Origin: Ignavibacteria bacterium
GTDB taxonomy: Bacteria > Bacteroidota > Ignavibacteria > UBA10030 > SZUA-254
Length of the DNA stretch: 64,000 nt
Assembly: GCA_031379665.1 (NCBI GenBank)
Contig: JANNFI010000044.1
Coordinates: 13,574 to 77,573 of the forward strand
Direction of reading: 5' to 3'
The position numbers and the translations under genes were made by a program. Shown piece by piece: positions 9,580 through 18,129 of this stretch (its first letter is position 1; each line of letters begins with the position of its first letter). The notes under the pieces are model-generated. The model worked only from the letters and a program-made list of their open reading frames with translations. It was not told where the DNA came from and searched no databases.

Positions 9580-10128
9580 ATGAACCGAGACGAAGCCCTG
9601 GGACTTCTCAGGGAATACACGAAGAGCGACGCGCTCCTCAAGCATATGTACGCCGTCGAAGCCGCGATGAGGGCCTACGCGCGGAAATTCGGCGAGGACG
9701 AAGAGCGGTGGGGGATCACCGGCCTCCTCCACGATTTCGACTACGAGATGTACCCCGACGCCCCCGACCACCCCCTGAAGGGGTCGGAAATCCTGAAGGC
9801 GAGGGGATACCCCGACGACGTCCGCGATGCGATTCTCGCCCATGCGTCCCACACCGGCGTGCCCCGAGTCTCCCGGATGGCGAAGGCGCTCTTCGCCTGC
9901 GACGAACTGTGCGGGTTCGTGATGGCGGTCGCCGTGATCCGTCCGAACAAGATCACAGACCTGGAATCGTCGTCGGTGAAGAAAAAGATGAAGGACAAGG
10001 GGTTCGCCCGCAACGTCGCCCGCGAGGACATCGTCGGGGGGAGCGCGGATCTCGGCGTCGAACTGGACGAGCACATCGCCTTCGTCATTTCGGCGATGCG
10101 TTCGATCTCAGGCGACCTTGGCCTGTGA
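9580..10128 (+). CDS. HD-domain (HDIG-type) metal-dependent phosphohydrolase
   Basis: KHMYAV, GLLHDFD, DHP, ILAH, ACDEL motifs. Confidence 0.88.
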   Translation: MNRDEALGLLREYTKSDALLKHMYAVEAAMRAYARKFGEDEERWGITGLLHDFDYEMYPDAPDHPLKGSEILKARGYPDDVRDAILAHASHTGVPRVSRMAKALFACDELCGFVMAVAVIRPNKITDLESSSVKKKMKDKGFARNVAREDIVGGSADLGVELDEHIAFVISAMRSISGDLGL

Positions 10129-10220
10129 CCACCGGGCAGGCGGGCTTGAGGTCCCTTGCGGTCTTTGAACTCAATCGCATTTTCCGTACTTTGTCGTTGA
10201 ATTTTTTCGGAGCAGGGAAC

Positions 10221-10991
10221 ATGACGAACAGAATCCTCGCGGTCGTGACATCGATGCTGTGCGCGGCAACCTTCGCCTTTCCCCAGGGCGACGGGGGGTA
10301 CGAACCAATACCACCCGCGAAGGCCTCGGCGGGAAAACTCGGCGGCGGAGGCGGTTACACGCCCGGGTGGCTCTTCATGGATGTCGACGCCCTGAACCAG
10401 GAGATCGTGGCGGCCGGTGGCGCCCCGTTTGACGACGGCCGCATCTTCCTCCAGGGCGGCCAGGGATACGCCTACATCCTCCTGGTGGAGAACCTGAGGG
10501 TGGGGGGAATGGGAATGAGCGGCTCACGGTCGACGAGCCGCCTCGAAGTCTCCACGAACGTCCGGAGGGACGTAGATCTGAACGTCGGCTACGGAGGTGT
10601 GACGGTGGAATACACGCTCGCCGTCGTGCCGAGGCTCGACGTCACGATTGGGACGCTGCTCGGCGGCGGGGGAATGAGCCTCACCCTGCGCAGGGACGAG
10701 GGGAGCGCAATGACGTGGGACGATACCTGGGGAGACATTGGCGGCACCGGCGCAGTGACGGAATTCACGAGGAAGATGGACGGCTCATTCTTCATATACC
10801 AGCCGTCAGTGACCGTCGAAGTGGCGCTGCTGCGCTGGCTCGGGATCAGGGCCGGGGTCGGGTACCTTGGCATGGCCGGCGGGAGTTGGGAGCTGGACGG
10901 GCACTACGACCTGCTCGGGGTCCCGGACGGGATCGACGCGAGCGGGTGGATGATCAATGCGGGGATTTACGTCGGGACTTTCATCTACTAA
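10221..10991 (+). CDS. Hypothetical outer-membrane beta-barrel-like protein
   Basis: Signal peptide after ATG at 10221, Gly/aromatic alternating strands, aromatic C-terminus (GIYVGTFIY). Confidence 0.7.
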   Translation: MTNRILAVVTSMLCAATFAFPQGDGGYEPIPPAKASAGKLGGGGGYTPGWLFMDVDALNQEIVAAGGAPFDDGRIFLQGGQGYAYILLVENLRVGGMGMSGSRSTSRLEVSTNVRRDVDLNVGYGGVTVEYTLAVVPRLDVTIGTLLGGGGMSLTLRRDEGSAMTWDDTWGDIGGTGAVTEFTRKMDGSFFIYQPSVTVEVALLRWLGIRAGVGYLGMAGGSWELDGHYDLLGVPDGIDASGWMINAGIYVGTFIY

Positions 10992-11028
10992 ACCTCTACT
11001 GATATTCTCCAGATTTTCTATTGAATTT

Positions 11029-12735
11029 CTATTGATGCTTCCGGCTTTCGCTGAACTGGACGCTCTTCCAGCCGGCGAAGAGCGGTTTGAGCCTGGATCG
11101 CTGGTACTTCCCGGTGGACGTCACCGGGATGTCATCGCCGAAGAGAACCACCTTCGGGCATTTCTGGAATGAGAACACCTTCCGACACTCCGTGATCACC
11201 TGGTCCGCGCTGATCCCCGAATTGTCCGCGCGCTGGATGTAGGCGCCGATTTCCTCACCGTACCAGTCGTTCTCAAATCCCACCGCAAGCCCCGCCCTCA
11301 CCCCGGGGATGTTCATCAACACCTCGTCGATCTCGAACGGGGAGATGTTCGTCCCGCCCCGGATGATCAACTCCTTGAGCCTCCCCGTGATGAAGAAGAA
11401 CGGCCTTCCTCCGGCGTCCCTGACGAAAAACCCCTCGTCGCCGCTCCTGAACCACCCGTGACGGAACGTGGCTTCGTTCACCTCCCGCTCTGCGAAATAT
11501 TCACGCATCACATTGTGACCCCTGATCACGATCTCGCCGCGAGCCGTCTCCGGGAGCGCGTTCCCGGAAGCGTCGTGGATCGCCATTTCATTGACGGGGA
11601 GCGGGACGCCGATGGAAGGGAAGCCGAACTCCCTCATCCATCTCGCGTGTTCGCCGGCGCTCAGATCCACGGGAAGGAAGCAGGCATAGCAGGTGGTCTC
11701 CGAGAGGCCGTACCCGTGGATGATCGGGATGCCGAAGGTCGCTTCGAAATTCGTCGCGAGCTCGCACGTGAGCGGCCCTGCGCCGCAGATGATGTGCCGG
11801 AAACGGGTGAGGTCGAGGTCCGCGGGGATCGGGCCGGCGTGAAGGAGGAATTGGAGCAGCGTCGGTACGACGCTCGCCACGCCGACGCCCTCGCGCGCGA
11901 GGGTGCTGAAGAATTCGTCGGTATGGAATTTCCGCCTCAGGACGACCGAGCCGCCATACCAGAGCGGCGTCGCCAGCGTCACGACGATCCCGTTCACGTG
12001 GTGGATCGGGAGGACGCACAGCATCCGTTCTCCGGGTTCCATGCCGTGCCACTGCGCGATCGCCATCGCGTCGACGAGGAGGTTGTACTGGACGAGGAAG
12101 ACTCCCTTGGGATGTCCCGTCGTGCCCGAGGTATAGACGATCAGCGCGTCGTCCCCCGGGAGGACTTCGGGCAGCTCATCTGAATAATCGATCGGGAGGT
12201 CGCTCTCTTCCGCGAGCGCGTCCTCGAAAGCGCGGTCCGTGCCTCCAACCACAATGACCTTCATCCCGCCGGGGACTCCGGCGGGGAGGTTTTCTATCCT
12301 CGCGGCGAATTCAGTCCTGACGAAGGCCAGTCGGGCCGCGGAGTTCGAGAGGATGTATTCGATCCGACGGTCGTCCTCGCCGACGTTCACCGGCACGACG
12401 ACCGCGCCCAGGCACCAGCAGGCAAGATACTGGACGACGGTATCGGCGTGGTTATAGGCGACGGTGGCGACCCGGTCGCCCCTCCGGACTCCCATCCTGA
12501 GGAGGAAGTGCGCGGTCCGGCACGCCTCCCGGTAGATCCGTTGGTAACTGTAGACCGTTCTCTCGCCCCCCTCCCCCGCGTGTATCAGGTAGGGCTTGTC
12601 GGGGGTTTCGGACGCCCTATGGCGAAGCAGGGAGGGGATGGTGGTGAAGAGGGTCAGGTGGCGGTCCGGCGGTAGATTGCCGACGCTCCTGGCGTGTTTG
12701 ATCCTTTCGTCGAGAGGGGAATCGTGAGGATCCAT
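11029..12735 (-). CDS. Class I adenylate-forming enzyme (acyl-CoA synthetase)
   Basis: YTSGTTGHPKG, GYGLSET, WFRSGD, GRLKELIIRGG, TSTGK. Confidence 0.92.
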   Translation of the reverse strand: MDPHDSPLDERIKHARSVGNLPPDRHLTLFTTIPSLLRHRASETPDKPYLIHAGEGGERTVYSYQRIYREACRTAHFLLRMGVRRGDRVATVAYNHADTVVQYLACWCLGAVVVPVNVGEDDRRIEYILSNSAARLAFVRTEFAARIENLPAGVPGGMKVIVVGGTDRAFEDALAEESDLPIDYSDELPEVLPGDDALIVYTSGTTGHPKGVFLVQYNLLVDAMAIAQWHGMEPGERMLCVLPIHHVNGIVVTLATPLWYGGSVVLRRKFHTDEFFSTLAREGVGVASVVPTLLQFLLHAGPIPADLDLTRFRHIICGAGPLTCELATNFEATFGIPIIHGYGLSETTCYACFLPVDLSAGEHARWMREFGFPSIGVPLPVNEMAIHDASGNALPETARGEIVIRGHNVMREYFAEREVNEATFRHGWFRSGDEGFFVRDAGGRPFFFITGRLKELIIRGGTNISPFEIDEVLMNIPGVRAGLAVGFENDWYGEEIGAYIQRADNSGISADQVITECRKVFSFQKCPKVVLFGDDIPVTSTGKYQRSRLKPLFAGWKSVQFSESRKHQ

Positions 12736-12747
12736 CGGGCGGCCGGC

Positions 12748-13374
12748 TTACCCGGCCTTGACTTCCATCCCCGGACGAGGAAGGTCGAAGATGTCGGTGG
12801 TGCGGCAGTACTGTGGTCCGCCCATGCGCCCGACCGGTTTGAGGACCTTCGGGTCGATCCGGAAATTATCAATGACCTCGTCGGCCACGTGGAAGAGGAG
12901 CACTTCGCCGAAGATCGTGCTGCCGCATCCCGGCCCGCCGTTCCCGAAATGGACAACCTGTACAAGCCGGCATTCCATCCGGATCCGCGATTCCCCCACC
13001 AGGGGGGGGCGGACGAGCGTGGCCGGGAGGGGGGTGAGGCCGGAGACCTGGAACTCGTTCACATCCGGCGGGAAATCTTCCGAACAACGGTTCATCTGAG
13101 GCGTGAAGTCCTCGGAGACCACGTTGATCACGAATTCCCTGGTCGCCTCGATGTTGCCAAGCGTATCCTTGACGTGGCCGTCGCCGCGCACCACGGTCGA
13201 GAAGAGCACGATCGGGGGGTTCGAGCAAACGGCGTTGAAAAAGCTGAAGGGGGCCAGGTTCGGCACCCCGGCCGCGGACACGGTCGAGACCAGCGCGATC
13301 GGCCTCGGAACGACCGATCCGATCAGGATCTTGTAGATGTCCTTATGCGACTGTTGTTTCGGGTCGATGAGCAC
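12748..13374 (-). CDS. Flavin reductase-like family protein
   Basis: GSVVPRPIALVST, NLAPFSFFN, KDTLGNI, GRMGG. Confidence 0.9.
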   Translation of the reverse strand: MLIDPKQQSHKDIYKILIGSVVPRPIALVSTVSAAGVPNLAPFSFFNAVCSNPPIVLFSTVVRGDGHVKDTLGNIEATREFVINVVSEDFTPQMNRCSEDFPPDVNEFQVSGLTPLPATLVRPPLVGESRIRMECRLVQVVHFGNGGPGCGSTIFGEVLLFHVADEVIDNFRIDPKVLKPVGRMGGPQYCRTTDIFDLPRPGMEVKAG

Positions 13375-13416
13375 GGGGTTCCCTGGAATAGGTGGTTCGA
13401 AAATCGGAGGGTCGGA

Positions 13417-14520
13417 TTATTTCTTCTCCATCCAGCTCTTCCAGTACTCCTTCCACTCGGCCTTCCCGCCGGCGGGGAGGACGTGCATCGGGTTGAGCCC
13501 GTCGAGCATCACCGCGTATTCGTCGGTATGCGTCTTCGTCCCCTGGTTTTTCAGCGCCTTCGGGTGCGGACCGTGGTGGATGCCGCGCGGATGGAGGGTC
13601 ACCATCCCGGCCGTGATATTGTCGCGGCTGAAGAAATTTCCGTCGTGGTAGAAGATGAACTCGTCATAGTCGGTGTTGCGGTGGAAGAACGGCACCTTGA
13701 GGGCCTCCGGGTCCTCCTCGAGGGGTCGCGGGAGGAAGCTGCACACCACCGCGCCTTTCGTGACGAACGTGCTGTGGGCGCTCGGGGGGAGATGTGCCCG
13801 GTGGCTCATGATCGGGCGGATGTCGTCCATGTTGATCTTCCAGGCCGTCAGGTCGCCCTTCCAGCCGACCACGTCGATCGGGTTGAAGGGGTAGAAGATC
13901 GATGAGAATTCGTTCCCGACCTTGATTCTGATCTCCCACTCCTTGCGGTCCTTCAGGTTCGGTTTCGGCTCGGGCGTCGTGATCACGGCGGGATCGTACA
14001 GCGCGTGCTGTCCGATGAGCCCCTTCTCCGGCTGTTCGAATTCAGTCGCCGATTCCATGATCAGGAAGAAATTGTCCTTCGTCTTCGGGATGACCCGGTA
14101 GGTGACGGCGCGGGGGATGACGATGTAGTCGCCCTTCCTGAACTCGAGCGGGCCGAAGTCGGTTTCGATCGTCCCCTCGCCCCGGTGGACGAAGTAGAGT
14201 TCGTCGCCGTCGGCGTTGCGGAAGTAGAACGGCATCGGTTTGCTCCGGCGAGAGACCGAGACCACGATGTCGTCGTTGCCGATGAACGCGACGGGTGACC
14301 CCTTCGGGTCGGTCAGGTCGGTCGGTTTGAGCTTGTTGCAGTCGATGCAGTGGGGGCGGAGTTTTCCCTCGAACCGGATCCAGGCCGTCGGCGGATTGGC
14401 ATGGTAGAGGTGCGCCGATTTCCCGAAGAATCCCTTCCGGCCGTGCTCCTCTTCGTAGGTCCCCTTCGGGAGCCCCACGTGGGCCTGCTTCGCGGTCTTT
14501 CCTTTCTGCAGTGGAAACAT
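13417..14520 (-). CDS. hmgA: Homogentisate 1,2-dioxygenase
   Basis: EEHGRKGF, RNADGDE, FNPIDVVGWKG, HLPPSAH, PFFHRNTDYDE, HHGPHP; clustered with hppD. Confidence 0.9.
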   Translation of the reverse strand: MFPLQKGKTAKQAHVGLPKGTYEEEHGRKGFFGKSAHLYHANPPTAWIRFEGKLRPHCIDCNKLKPTDLTDPKGSPVAFIGNDDIVVSVSRRSKPMPFYFRNADGDELYFVHRGEGTIETDFGPLEFRKGDYIVIPRAVTYRVIPKTKDNFFLIMESATEFEQPEKGLIGQHALYDPAVITTPEPKPNLKDRKEWEIRIKVGNEFSSIFYPFNPIDVVGWKGDLTAWKINMDDIRPIMSHRAHLPPSAHSTFVTKGAVVCSFLPRPLEEDPEALKVPFFHRNTDYDEFIFYHDGNFFSRDNITAGMVTLHPRGIHHGPHPKALKNQGTKTHTDEYAVMLDGLNPMHVLPAGGKAEWKEYWKSWMEKK

Positions 14521-14560
14521 GTGATGACCTCTCTTCTGATGGTGGAATGAATTTTTGCAG

Positions 14561-15550
14561 TTACGGCCGGACGACCGTGTTGGTGAGCGTCCCGATGCCG
14601 TCGATCTCCAGTTCGATGACGTCGCCCGGCTTCACCCAGCGGTCCAGCTCGAGTCCGCACCCGCCGGCCACGGTCCCCGAGCCGATCAGGTCGCCGGGGT
14701 GGAGGGTCTCGTCCATCGACGCGAATTCGATCATCCTTTCGAAACGGTGGTGCATCGACCCGGAGTTTCCCTCGGACCACGTTTCGCCGTTGATGCGGGC
14801 GGACATCCGAAGATTGTACGGGTCGGGGATCTCGTCGGTCGTCACCAGGACCGGACCGATCGCCGTTGCGAAATCCTTCCCTTTCGCGGGGCCGAGGCGC
14901 ACCTTCATCTCGGCGCGCTGCATGTCGCGGGCGCTGAAATCGTTCATGACGGTGAAGCCCGCCACGTGCTCCATCGCCTTCGCGGCCGGGATGTTGCGTC
15001 CCTCCCTGCCGATGACGATCGCCAGCTCCAGCTCATAGTCGAGTTTCTCGGTGAAGGAGGGCCACACGACGGGGTCGCCGGGACCGATGATGCTCTGGTG
15101 GTTCCCCTTATAGTAGACGGGAAACTTGTACCATTCCTCCGGCATCGGCTCGCCCCGCTTCTCAAAACCCTTCTTCACGTGCCCTTCGAACGCGAAGAAA
15201 TCCCTCATCGAGGTCGGCCGGGGCAGCGGGGCGAGGAGGCGGACCTCCCCGGGTGCAAAGACGAGCCGTTCGGCGTTCGCTCCGGTCAGGGCCGTGGGGG
15301 TTCCGGATACCTCATCCAGGTGTGCGAGCGTCGCCCGGGCGAACGTCGCCGAGGTGTCGCCGCCCCTGAGGTATCCCAGCATATCGGGGGGGACAATCGC
15401 TTCAGCGAGCCGGTATGGCCGGGCCTCGCCCTTGCGGCCGAGGTGCCAGGCGCAGGCGGAGTTGAGGTCAGCGATGCCTCCCGGCACGATGGCGCCCAAC
15501 CGCCGGTGCCTGCCCAGGAGCGTTGAAACTTCAAACGTGCAGAGGCGCAT
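14561..15550 (-). CDS. fahA: Fumarylacetoacetate hydrolase family protein
   Basis: RDFFAFEGH, PVYYKGN, LDYELE, NDFSARD, KGKDF, GSGT; in the homogentisate cluster. Confidence 0.88.
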   Translation of the reverse strand: MRLCTFEVSTLLGRHRRLGAIVPGGIADLNSACAWHLGRKGEARPYRLAEAIVPPDMLGYLRGGDTSATFARATLAHLDEVSGTPTALTGANAERLVFAPGEVRLLAPLPRPTSMRDFFAFEGHVKKGFEKRGEPMPEEWYKFPVYYKGNHQSIIGPGDPVVWPSFTEKLDYELELAIVIGREGRNIPAAKAMEHVAGFTVMNDFSARDMQRAEMKVRLGPAKGKDFATAIGPVLVTTDEIPDPYNLRMSARINGETWSEGNSGSMHHRFERMIEFASMDETLHPGDLIGSGTVAGGCGLELDRWVKPGDVIELEIDGIGTLTNTVVRP

Positions 15551-15558
15551 CGCGGATC

Positions 15559-16695
15559 CTAGAGGTTTCCGCGGAGCTCTTGCTCGCGCTCGATCGACTC
15601 GAAGAGGGCCTTGAAATTCCCCTTCCCGAAGCTCCGACTCCCCTTGCGCTGGATGATCTCGAAGAAGAGCGTCGGGCGGTCCTCGACCGGCTTGGTGAAG
15701 ATCTGGAGCATGTAACCCTCATCGTCGCGGTCCACCAGGATCCCGAGGTTCTTCAGCTGGTCGATCGGCTCGTCAATCCTGCCGACCCGGGACTGGAGTT
15801 CGTCGTAATAGGTCGAGGGGATCCGAAGGAACTCGACGCCGTGCGAGCGGAGCGCTCCGACCGACGCGAGGATGTCGTCAGTAGCCATCGCGATGTGCTG
15901 TACACCGGGGGAACGGTAGTACTCCAGGTATTCCTCGATCTGCGATTTCCTGCGTCCGGGCGCCGGCTCATTGATGGGGAACTTGATCCGCTCATTGCCG
16001 TTGGTCATCACCTTCGACATCAGCGCGGAATACTCAGTCGAAATATCAGCGTCGTCGAAGTGTTTGAACATCCGGAATCCCATCGCGTTCATGTAGAAAT
16101 CGACCCATCGGTTCATCGCGCCGAGCTCCACGTTTCCGACGCAGTGATCGACGAACTTGAGGCCGACCGGCCTCGCGACGTCGTCCTGTTCAGTGACGGC
16201 GCGGTAGCCGGGAAGGAAGACGCCCTTGTAGTTCTTTCGCTCGACGAAGGTATGGATGGTGTCGCCGTAGATCGCGATCGCCGATTTGACCACCTCTCCC
16301 GATTCATCGCTGAAGACGGTCGGTTCCAGTATCCCCTTCGCGCCCCTGAGGGTCGTCTCGCGGTACGCCGACGTCGCGTCGTCCACCCAGAGGGCGAGGT
16401 CGCGTACCCCGTCGCCGTGGAGCGAGACGTGTTCCGAGACCGGATGCGCCGCCTGTAGCGACGTGGTGAGGACCAACCGGATCTTGCCCTGCTGCAACAC
16501 GTAGGACGCCCGGTCGCGTACCCCCGTCTCGAGGCCGGCATACGCGACAAGGGAGAACCCGAACGCCGAACGGTAGTAGTAGGCGCTCTGCCTGGCGTTC
16601 CCGACGTAGAACTCGATGTAGTCGGTCCCGTTGATGGGGAGGAAATCGTCGGTTGCCGGGTTTGTTACGGGCTGTGTCACTGGCTGCCTTGGCAT
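15559..16695 (-). CDS. hppD: 4-hydroxyphenylpyruvate dioxygenase
   Basis: HGDGV, DHCVGN, SALMSKV, KFPINEP, KSQIEEY, GVQHIA, LQIFTKP, FFEIIQR, FGKGNFKALF. Confidence 0.97.
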   Translation of the reverse strand: MPRQPVTQPVTNPATDDFLPINGTDYIEFYVGNARQSAYYYRSAFGFSLVAYAGLETGVRDRASYVLQQGKIRLVLTTSLQAAHPVSEHVSLHGDGVRDLALWVDDATSAYRETTLRGAKGILEPTVFSDESGEVVKSAIAIYGDTIHTFVERKNYKGVFLPGYRAVTEQDDVARPVGLKFVDHCVGNVELGAMNRWVDFYMNAMGFRMFKHFDDADISTEYSALMSKVMTNGNERIKFPINEPAPGRRKSQIEEYLEYYRSPGVQHIAMATDDILASVGALRSHGVEFLRIPSTYYDELQSRVGRIDEPIDQLKNLGILVDRDDEGYMLQIFTKPVEDRPTLFFEIIQRKGSRSFGKGNFKALFESIEREQELRGNL

Positions 16696-16705
16696 GTGGA
16701 ATGTC

Positions 16706-16750
16706 CTTTCAGTGCTTTCAGTGCTTGCTGGGCGTGCTGGGCATGCTAGT
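16706..16750. repeat. Degenerate 9-bp tandem repeat in the hppD leader
   Basis: CTTTCAGTG CTTTCAGTG CTTGCTGGG CGTGCTGGG CATGCTAGT. Confidence 0.55.
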
Positions 16751-16781
16751 ATTGATGTTGGCGTGGGACGTCACTGCGTCC

Positions 16782-17897
16782 TCAATCACGCCCAGGTTGG
16801 CCGGGGGACCCGTCGCCCAGCAGGGCGCCGAGAGCACCGACCGCCGTGGCGTTTTCCTCCGGCGTTCCGACGGTGATCCTGAGGCACCGGGGGAGGCCGA
16901 ACCCGCGCAGGGGACGGACGATGACGCCCTGGCGCATCATGCCATTAAATATTCGGTTGACTTCCTCTTCGTCGCGGAGCGCGAACATCACAAAATTGGC
17001 CCGGGAGGTGGGCGTCTCCAGGCCGAACGACTTCAGGGCACGCGAGAGGTACGCGCGTCCTTCGAGATTGTTGGCGAGGGTGCGCTCCACGAACGTGGAG
17101 TCATCCAGCGCGGCGAGACCTGCGGCCTGGGACAGTGTGCCCGGCTCGAACGGCAGCTTGACCTTCAAGAGGTTTCCGATCAGTTCGTGGTGGGCGAAGC
17201 CGTACCCGATTCGCAGGCCCGCAAGCCCATAGACTTTCGAGAAGGTGCGCAGCGTAATGACGTTATCGTAGCGATACTTCATCGAGTCGGGAAAGTCCCC
17301 GTCGTCCCGGGCGTACTCCCAGTAGGCCTCATCCAGGATGATCAGCACGCGCTCCGGCACCTTCTTGTAGAAAGAATCGAATTCCTTCCTGCCGAAGACC
17401 GTGCCGGTCGGGTTGTTCGGGTTGGCCAGGTAAATGATCTTGGTCTTTCCGGTGATGGCTCCCGCGATGGCCTCGAGGTCGTAATGCCAGGCGCGGTACG
17501 GGACCGTCCGGTAGGGAACTCCCCGGGATTTCGCGAGGACCTGGAAGCCGATGAACGCCGCCTCGGTCGTCAGGACCTCGTCGTCGTCGTTCAGGAAGGT
17601 CCGGATGATGGTGGACATGATCGCCTCGGAGCCGCTGCCGGCGATCACGTTATCCGGGGAGAGCTTATAGAGTTCCGCGAGCCGGGTCCGCAGGTCGTGG
17701 CCGCCGTTGGGGTAGAGGTGGAGCCCGCCGAAGTGTTGCTGGAGCGCGGCGAGGGCGAGCGGAGAGGGGCCGAACGGATTTTCATTCGAGGCGAGTTTGA
17801 TGACCTTCACGAGCCCCAGTTCCCTCCGGACCTCGTCGATTGGCCTGCCGGGGATGTACGGTTGGAGCGTCTCGATATACGGGGGGACGAGGGACAC
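16782..17897 (-). CDS. hisC: Histidinol-phosphate/aromatic aminotransferase
   Basis: KLASNENP, ANPNNPTG, DEAY, RTFSKVYGLAGLRIGY, LRITVG. Confidence 0.9.
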   Translation of the reverse strand: MSLVPPYIETLQPYIPGRPIDEVRRELGLVKVIKLASNENPFGPSPLALAALQQHFGGLHLYPNGGHDLRTRLAELYKLSPDNVIAGSGSEAIMSTIIRTFLNDDDEVLTTEAAFIGFQVLAKSRGVPYRTVPYRAWHYDLEAIAGAITGKTKIIYLANPNNPTGTVFGRKEFDSFYKKVPERVLIILDEAYWEYARDDGDFPDSMKYRYDNVITLRTFSKVYGLAGLRIGYGFAHHELIGNLLKVKLPFEPGTLSQAAGLAALDDSTFVERTLANNLEGRAYLSRALKSFGLETPTSRANFVMFALRDEEEVNRIFNGMMRQGVIVRPLRGFGLPRCLRITVGTPEENATAVGALGALLGDGSPGQPGRD

Positions 17898-18129
17898 GTC
17901 GCTGAAGGCTGGCTATGCTACGATTCTCATGGAGATAAAAATAGCAAAGCCCACCCTGAAAAACAAACCGTTGCGCGGGTCTCCGGCCGGTGAGGGAAAC
18001 CGACTCTGCCGGACGGGCCGACCCTTGGATATTCGTGAAAAAATACCTACAATTTTTATCGCCTGTCCTGCGGAGGTCATTCATCCAATAAGGGTACGAT
18101 TGTCAACCATCGCCGAACCTGACCCACGG

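Noticed and set aside
17797-18129. Long N-terminal extensions in the ORF track (17797, 22355, 49904, 36649, 9708, 6895, 8378, 5752)
   Set aside because: They overlap neighbouring genes or promoters; family-typical N-termini begin at downstream starts
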